Origin: Chrysomallon squamiferum
Lineage: Eukaryota > Animalia > Mollusca
Assembly: GCA_012295275.1 (NCBI GenBank)
Contig: CM022671.1
Location: forward strand, 2,232,001-2,296,000
Direction: 5' to 3'
Length of the DNA: 64,000 nucleotides
In this document: positions 53,819 through 64,000 of the stretch, piece by piece
How positions within the stretch are numbered: the stretch's first letter is position 1
Layout of the letters: every line of letters starts with the position of its first letter
Notes under the pieces: generated by a model
Told to the model about the DNA's origin: nothing
The model's input: the letters and a program-made list of their open reading frames with translations, nothing else
The model's database searches: none
Position numbers and translations under genes: made by a program

Positions 53819-56480
53819 GCCTTCTATCAAGAAGCAGAATAGTATTATAAAAAAGAAGACGCAGCATGATTTTAAGCCCTACAGACACCCACTTAAGTCA
53901 TAAACTAAAATAACAAGATCACTGATCAGCAAATAGAAATATCGCCTTTTCTCGATAAACGTTCAAGGAGTCCTCAGAAAAGACCTTTTATCTGTTAATC
54001 TGAGCTGTCACGCGAGGTAAGTCTGTGCTGGATAGTCAACAAATGATCCTTTACATGGACCTTTCAAGGTAATATATAAGTTGTATAAAATGACTCACAT
54101 TTCACACTTGAGTGAATATCTTTAGACCACTGCACAGTACACAGAGTGTTACGTAGACGTTAATAGTATTACCAGTGATTTTCTATTTACTTTAAATAAC
54201 AGCAATTTACCAATGCTAAAACAATCTACTTTAGAACAAATTTCAAAATTATTCATAAATCTACTCCATGTTTGTAAATTTATAACACAATAGTTTTCAT
54301 TCTTCCTGTTTCTTTTCAAACAGAAAATACTTTTTTGTAATGTCTGCTGTGTCTTCGCACTTCACAAGAAACTGAACAAGAGTACGTATGTTCTAAATGA
54401 AAGAAACAAAGAAAAATGGAAGAAGTAAATAATAATAATATTAATAATAATAAAAAGAAATGAAAATACAGAAAAAAATGAGGAATGAAGAAACTAAAAA
54501 GGGAAGGATAGCTCTTGCATTTCTGTAATAACTTTCTAAATTACTGAAACTTTTCTAACATAATATTCTACTACAATAACACTTCATCTATGAATATCCT
54601 TTTTTCTAAAACAATCTTCTGAAACATCAGTACTACTAGAAGTGCTGTGTTTGATCTGTTTTGTCTATAACAGTCTTCTAACATACTAGCTCTACTACTA
54701 TAATTACGCTTCTTTGTCTGTAACGATATACTAACACATTAACACTACAGTTGTATTAGTGTTGTTGTTTTTGTTGTTGTTTGTTTTGAGAATGGTTGCT
54801 ATAAAATCAACACAATAAATTACACAAATTGTTTTCGAATCAAAGATATTTCCTTTTATTTATCCATCTTTTTTAAGATCAGATCTCTGCTCCTGTAAAG
54901 TTCTGTCACGTGACTTTGTGCATACTGATTAATATGATGGGGTGCTGGGTTTTATGTTTTCTTTCCGATGTAAATATTTTTTCTTTTTTAAGCAGTATAC
55001 ATCTAACTACATAGGCCTTTGGCAAAGTTGTAAATTGGTTCTTGATGTTTCTTTGGGGTCTTTTTTTTTTATCGTGTCTTCCATCTTTTCTCTTTTCGAT
55101 AATTTACTTCTTCTTCTTCTTTTATCATTGTAATTCTAGTATTTATTACAGTTATCATCATCATCATCATTATTATTATGGTTATTATTATTATTATTGG
55201 TTTTTCTCTTTTTCTTTTCTTTTCTGCCTTTCTTTGTTTCGACATTTCGAGATTTAAAATATAATTAAAACCTACAAATACAGACACATTACTTTTCTTC
55301 TTCTTTGTCCGTCTTTCTTTTTCTTTTTCATTTTTTATCTTTCATTTCTTAATTTTTTCAGTTTTCTTTCCTTTCATTCATTTCTTTTTATTTATATATT
55401 TATTTCATGACGTGGGCTCGCAACGGAAACCTATGCACAGACAAACTAGGATCAGTGTGTGAAGGTGCCACAAAGCTGAAAATCAGAACTGGAGAAAACA
55501 TAACCATACTTTGATGAATAACGAAAGAGCGATATATTTTCTTTTTTTTAAATGCATTTTTCAAAAATTATAATAAATATAAAATATTTATTTATTTGTT
55601 TGTTTTTTGTTTGTCTTACTCTCTTATCGCAAGCAGGTTTATTATATTTATTGTTTTAACTTAATATACTAAATTTTCTCTACAATATATATAATTAGAT
55701 ATTAACCAATATTTATAAATTACAACAATTGAAAGTATGAGGTTTTCATTAATTTTTATTAAATATTAATATATTTGTCATATTTTATATTTTCACCTTT
55801 TTTGTTTCTTTGTTTCTTTGTTTGTTTGGATTTATATATATATATGATTTTATCAACTAATTATGTTAAATATTCTGTACTATACGAATGTAATTAAAAA
55901 ATGTGAAATAGTGGTAATGCTTTTTATCATATAGTAATCTATTAAGCCTTTCTTTGTTAGTTGTCAGCATATTTTTATATACGAAACACTTTGTTTTTAT
56001 TATGTCTATTGTAGTTTCGCATTTGTATAGTGTTTTAAATATATTTTATTATTAAATTTTGATAGAAAGTGATATTTCTTACAGTTATATTATAAATCGT
56101 AATGTAATTTTATAAAACTAAACTAAAAGTTTCTAAATTTTCAAATGTTTTCTTTTATTCATTTATTTACTGTTTTAGAGATATTTACTAAAGTCAGTCT
56201 GCTTGTATAATTCTTATATATACATACAGCAGTTTTATTGTAAAATATTTCTATTGAAGAAACAAAATTAGAAAATTATTCATGGTATTTCACAACTCAA
56301 ATCATTAACGGACATATCTGTACATAGCAGTGGTCATAATTCCACGAGAAGAAAGATTTCTAACGAAAGAAATATATCTTACTTTATTTACTGAATTCAT
56401 TTCCATGTTTCGCTCGTGCTTTTCATATTTTCTCTGTAGATGGATTTGTTCCTTCTGTTTAGCTGAGCAGCAGTCTGTGT

Positions 56481-59388
56481 TTAGACATTTCTGTGCAAAA
56501 AAAAAATAATAATAATAATAATAAAATAAAATAAAAAATTACAAAAAACACCAAGAAAGATTAGGTACCAAAATGTAAATAATCAAAAAACTAATTTATT
56601 CTTAATGACATTTTCGTTAATTTCACATTCAGATTTAAGGGGCTTTAAAAATTTAGTCATTCTAGTTTTCTTGATTTCAAAAATATTTCTCTTGGTTTAT
56701 ATATATATATGAATATATATACATTTATTTATTTATTTATTTATTTATTTTATTGTATTTGTTTTCCAAACACGAAACCACTGACAGTAAGGAATGTCAT
56801 CGACAAAGTTTCTGCCATTATAATAACTTCAGTATTTGGAAACGCTAATCCCCAATTATTATTTTTTTTTATTATTATTATTATTTTTGTATTCTCTACA
56901 TGAAAGTAGGTATGTTTATTGTAATAACAGTCATTTCTCTACACAGCAATGGTCATAATTCCCCAAGAAGAAAGATTTCTAACTAAAGAAATGTATTTTT
57001 CTTTATTTACTGAACAGAGATAAAACATTTAAGGAGAATGCGAACGTGATCGTGTAAGGTAATTTGATAGGTGACGTAATAACTTCAGATCACGTGAGTT
57101 TTCACAACTAATTAAATAACTAAAGAAGGAAGTTCATTTGTGTCTTCCGAGATCAAAATCTTCCTTCAACCAGTATCTGACATCTTTAGAAACATGATTA
57201 ATATGTTTTTCTGTAATAAATAAACAGTGACTGTTAAATTAAGAATGCATAGAAAATTCGTAGTACTGCAACAGAACAGGAATAAATTGTTTAGCGTTAT
57301 CGAAAAACATAAAAATGCAACAAAAAGAACCGAGACAGCAAGAGAAATAGAAAATAATACACATACAGCCAAAATAATAGCACGCATATCACTAAGATTA
57401 TTTGTCCACGTTTATTTTTGTTTTAGATTTTCGACCACTTGGAATTGGACCAACTCGAAGTAAACAACATCAGGAGGTCCATGCATTTTCAACATTGATA
57501 TTCAGAATATTGCAGTGCAGACACTACATTAATTTGAAATACACTTACCTATGATAAAAACAGTTACCAAACTTGAGAGAGACGATCGAGAATGTGGAAG
57601 AAGAATTGTTCCTCCTCTTCCTGGAATTAGAATAAAATAAAAATAATTAATAAATTAGCATTATATATAAGGAGATAGAATGATCGAAACAGTCCGACAG
57701 AGAGAATTAGATTGATGTTTAATAGACAGACAGACAGACTGACAGACAGACAGATGGTAGAGAGAGAGGCGCTGGTAGATACATCTATTCAGACGGACAG
57801 ATTGATTATAGATATGCATCTTTTTCTATTCCCGAAGTGGCTGTGCAGTTGGTTTATGTAATGATAAAATAAACATATTTGTAACATGCACTTTAATAGC
57901 ATCACTTATGTTGTTAAGACCTGTGCAGATAATAAGAGAGAAAACCCAAACTAGATCTTGATGGATTACTGTTTTTATATTAAAATTAAGGATTATTTTG
58001 TATGCAGTCCCATAGACAATATAATTCAGATCTCAGTCTTCTTAATGAACCATTCGTAGAGTATTTATTGGAGTGGAAAATGGCCGAAAGGTTAAACAAA
58101 TATATATTTTTAAAAATTATAAATTTCTTAGAAAATAACGTAGAAAAATTCATACCTATAACATATACATATAGAAATAACGAACATGCCGATGATGATA
58201 GTGATGCCGATCCCAGATCCAACTCCTTTGCCGAAATCGGAAGATAATTTTGTAGAACCAGCAGCATCTGCAAATACGAGAAAGGCAGACTAAAGTTTAG
58301 AGTTTATCTGTGTATAGTATTTATTTAATGTGTGGGGTTAAATATAGATTTTTCATATTATTTATTCAATGAACATGGTTGAGTGTACTTTCTGTGAACA
58401 TTTACTTTGTACTCTCACAGAACTAGTATTATTTTGTATACATTCATTGCACAAGTATTAATTTTTATACACTCACTATACACACATTAATTTTTATACA
58501 CTCACTATGAACATATTAATTTGTATACGCTCACTGTTCACTTATATACTTCACCATGCATTTATTACATATATATTATTCACTGCACCCATTTTTATAC
58601 ATCACTTTAAACTTATTTTATACTTTCACTATGCATTTATTTTACGCTCTCATTTTACACCTATTTTATACCCTAACTCTACTTTTATTTTGTTCATCCT
58701 GATACATTTATTTTAAACATTCCTTGCACACATGCTTCATACTTGCACCGTATTTCAGCAGCAACGGCAATGATAGTAGAGCTAGTAATAGAAGTAGTTG
58801 TAGTTATCATTGTTGTTATAATTAATTATATAAATAAGTAAACTGTAATCTTATCAATAGCATTATTATTAGTATCTAATCATTTAGTATCTAACAAATT
58901 AAATAAGAAACAACAAACAAATAAACAAACAACAAACAAATAATCAAACAAACAAACAAACAAACAAACACACAAATAAACAAATAAACAAATAAATAAA
59001 AATTTAAAATTATAATCTATGACTGAATAATAACACAGTAAGGTAACTCACAGATATATGCTGCTGGTGTTGTACTATTTCCAGTGGTTTCACTGTTAAC
59101 ACAGACACCATCTGCGTCACAGTGTGAACATTCCAAACACACAGATGAACAACTGACTCCAAAATAACCGTCTTTGCACTGTCCAGAACAGTTTCCAGTC
59201 ACGCGATCACATTTGAGACAGGACTCAGGACATCTTCGTCTACACTGGATTCCTTGCCATCCATCTTCACATCCACTTTGACAGAGTGTGGAAGAATGCT
59301 GTTTATACTCACCGGGTACTTTACAGTGAGGTTCCACTACAGAATACACGGATGGTACAGTAAAGAGTAAGAGGAGAAGAACTCCCAT
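56481..59388 (-). CDS. Gene A' (counterpart of A): exons 59388-59052, 58267-58156, 57620-57549, probable 56490-
   Basis: Same exon lengths as gene A (337, 112, 72 nt) and a near-identical EGF exon translation; same uncertain 3' end. Confidence 0.8.
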
Positions 59389-60559
59389 GTTTTTACACCT
59401 TTTCTTCATACTCCTGAAACAGCAAAATATCAAGAAATGAAAGATGTCTTCCTGTCAAATTTTTTTTGTGTCAAATTACTCAGTTTAAGCCTGGGAATTC
59501 AATCGACTAATGACTGTTAATTTTAAGTTTATTTCTTTAATTCCTAATTCTATGATAGCCTAATTAACTTCCCTATTAGTTTACATTTTGCCATTGTCTA
59601 TAGTGTCTAGATATGACATATACTTAGATTACTTTTCTGTTAAATTATTTCATTCATTCACTCATCTGTTTATTTTTAGTCTCGGAATGCTATCGACTAA
59701 TTACAGCTAATTTTTAAATGATTATTTTATTCTTATTGGATTAATATCTTTATAAACTAAACCAGACAAGACGCTAAGACTATGTAGAGTGATGTAATAT
59801 ATAAATATTAACTATGTTTAATTACATACATATATACATAACACAGCTAAAATAATAAACTGATTAATTAAATAAATATAAAGAACAATTACTACTAGCA
59901 CTGTTGCTATTATTATTACAGCAGCAGCAACAACACAAGAATAATAAATATGTTAAAAACATGAAGATGAATCTTGTTATAAAAACATTATATTTAAAAA
60001 TCAGAAAATCAAAATATGTTTTGTGAAAATGAGCATGAAAACATAAATTAATTAATTCTGTTTATTATTATTTTGTGAAAATATTTTTAAAAATATAAGA
60101 AAGAAAGAAGCTTCTTAGAGCATTATATTAATCATTAATGTATGGCTATGGATTTCCTTCTTCGTGGTATTTAAGATACTGAACCTAGTTTATGTGCATT
60201 TTCCTTTGGTGGCCAAAGGTTACAAAATAAATAAATAGATACACAAATAAATGAAAAGGAATGAACGAAAGAAAATAAAAATCAAAAATCAAGAAAGAAT
60301 AAAAGTTAAGAAAAAAGAAGAAAAAAATGAAAAAAAAAAAGAGATAAGAAAAAAAAGAAAGAAAAGAAAAAAACTTCATTCATTTCATCATATACATCTT
60401 AAATTGAATGTTTTATTTTTAATTTGCAGTTACTTTGTCCTTTATTTAATATGCATACATTCATAAATACATACACATATAGATGTATATACATAAAGTA
60501 ATATTTGTAAAGCTATAACTTATAACTGGACACATATCCATAATAACTTAGATGGTTTT

Positions 60560-62870
<2,311 letters not shown>

Positions 62871-62899
62871 AGTACATATTTAAAGTCTTTTCATACAGT

Positions 62900-63280
62900 G
62901 GGGAAGCCTTCACTGCAGATGCATGTGAAAAGCGTGTTTTGGGAAGTACACGGTATTTGGCATTTTTATACTGATCACATAAGAACACAAGCATCTTCCA
63001 AGTGACCTGAATATTGCTCGGTTAATAAACATACTGTTAAAGCGAGTAAGAGAAGAAACAACAGCAATGAAGCAAATATACAATGATGAGATTCCAAAGA
63101 AACCATCATAAACTGTTCCTCGTTTGCCTTCCTTTCCCAGTATGAGCAGTGCACTGTAAGACAGAGATAAGTTCTGCCCTACCACAGACTTGCGATGAAA
63201 TTGTGTTCTCTGCAGATGAGCAAATTGTAGTTCTACAGGCTGCAAAATCCATTTTTATGAAAGGCTTAGCCCATTCAGTT
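62900..63280 (+). mobile_element. MULE transposase remnant, mirror of 3400-3780
   Basis: KRVREETTAMKQIYNDEIPKK...LPSFPSMSSAL with stops. Confidence 0.6.
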
Positions 63281-63639
63281 ACTTTTAAAATTCTTTTAAA
63301 ATTAGCATAAAAATGGACATGTTAAAATCTATTAATAAATCTAATATTATATAATTTTGTTTGTGTATTTAGTTGTATCAGACTGTTCTATTATTTTCTA
63401 CATGTATTATTCAAGGCAGGTCATTAGTAAAGCGCTCAACCGTGACTTGTGTTGTTTAATGCGTCTGCGTTATGGGATGTCTGACTTTTTCGAGGACACC
63501 TGTGTGTGTATGTGTGTGTGTATGTGTGTTTGTGATTACAAGCGAAGAACGAATGTAAAAAACAAAACAAGAACAAGACAATGTATACTGTAGAGGCGTT
63601 AAAAAGAAAACCCAAAACAACAAACAAACACTGTATAGA

Positions 63640-64000
63640 CAGTGACCGAAAGGTGTAATTAACTTGACAAGTCAGTCCTTATTCTGGGAAATATTTCAGT
63701 ATTTAAAAGAAAAGATTTGCTCGTTTAAGCTTTAATATCAGAGATGGAAAACAAAGAAATAATTATGTAATGTTATCTCAGTTAATATTTTTAAGTCCTA
63801 GCTTTTCAAATGTGGCTTTTTGTGTATGTGTATCTGTGTATCTGTGTGCACATTAAATAAAGTAGCAGAGAACTGAAAAGAACAAAATAATAATTAAAAA
63901 GAAAACAGAGGACAACATAATTATATTTACATACTAGTTGTGTATGTTTATTTTAGTTTTAATAAAAAAGTTGTGTTGTAGTCAATAAAATTAATAATAA
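63640..64000 (+). repeat. Further copy of the family upstream block
   Basis: cagtgaccgaaaggtgtaatt...tttaagtcctagc...ttatatttacatactagttgt matches ~52144-52500 and ~5711-5860. Confidence 0.8.

Overview
AT-rich, microsatellite-dense animal DNA with GT-AG introns. It looks mollusc/cephalopod-like, but that is only an impression. The window is dominated by a giant inverted duplication: left arm ~3285-29190 and right arm ~41508-63396, the right arm starting exactly at a 200-N gap. Each arm carries two spliced genes for small EGF-like single-pass membrane proteins (A/A', B/B'), a relic third paralog, a MULE remnant, an intronless MGAT2 copy and an intronless class-A GPCR copy. The MGAT2 and GPCR copies are broken in complementary ways in the two arms. 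The most striking structure is a ~6.3-kb tandem array of ~600-bp units that looks like microsatellite junk. Each unit holds a frame-preserving phase-2/phase-2 microexon (21-45 nt), and all ten join into an uninterrupted repetitive cytoplasmic tail for gene B (299 aa by manual splicing). The other arm has only two such microexons and a strongly diverged EGF ectodomain. The 12-kb spacer holds a hAT-Charlie/Buster element, a LINE remnant, a Tigger-like MITE and degenerate head-to-head GTF2H3/EIF2B1 exons. All gene models were spliced by eye, with no expression or database evidence.
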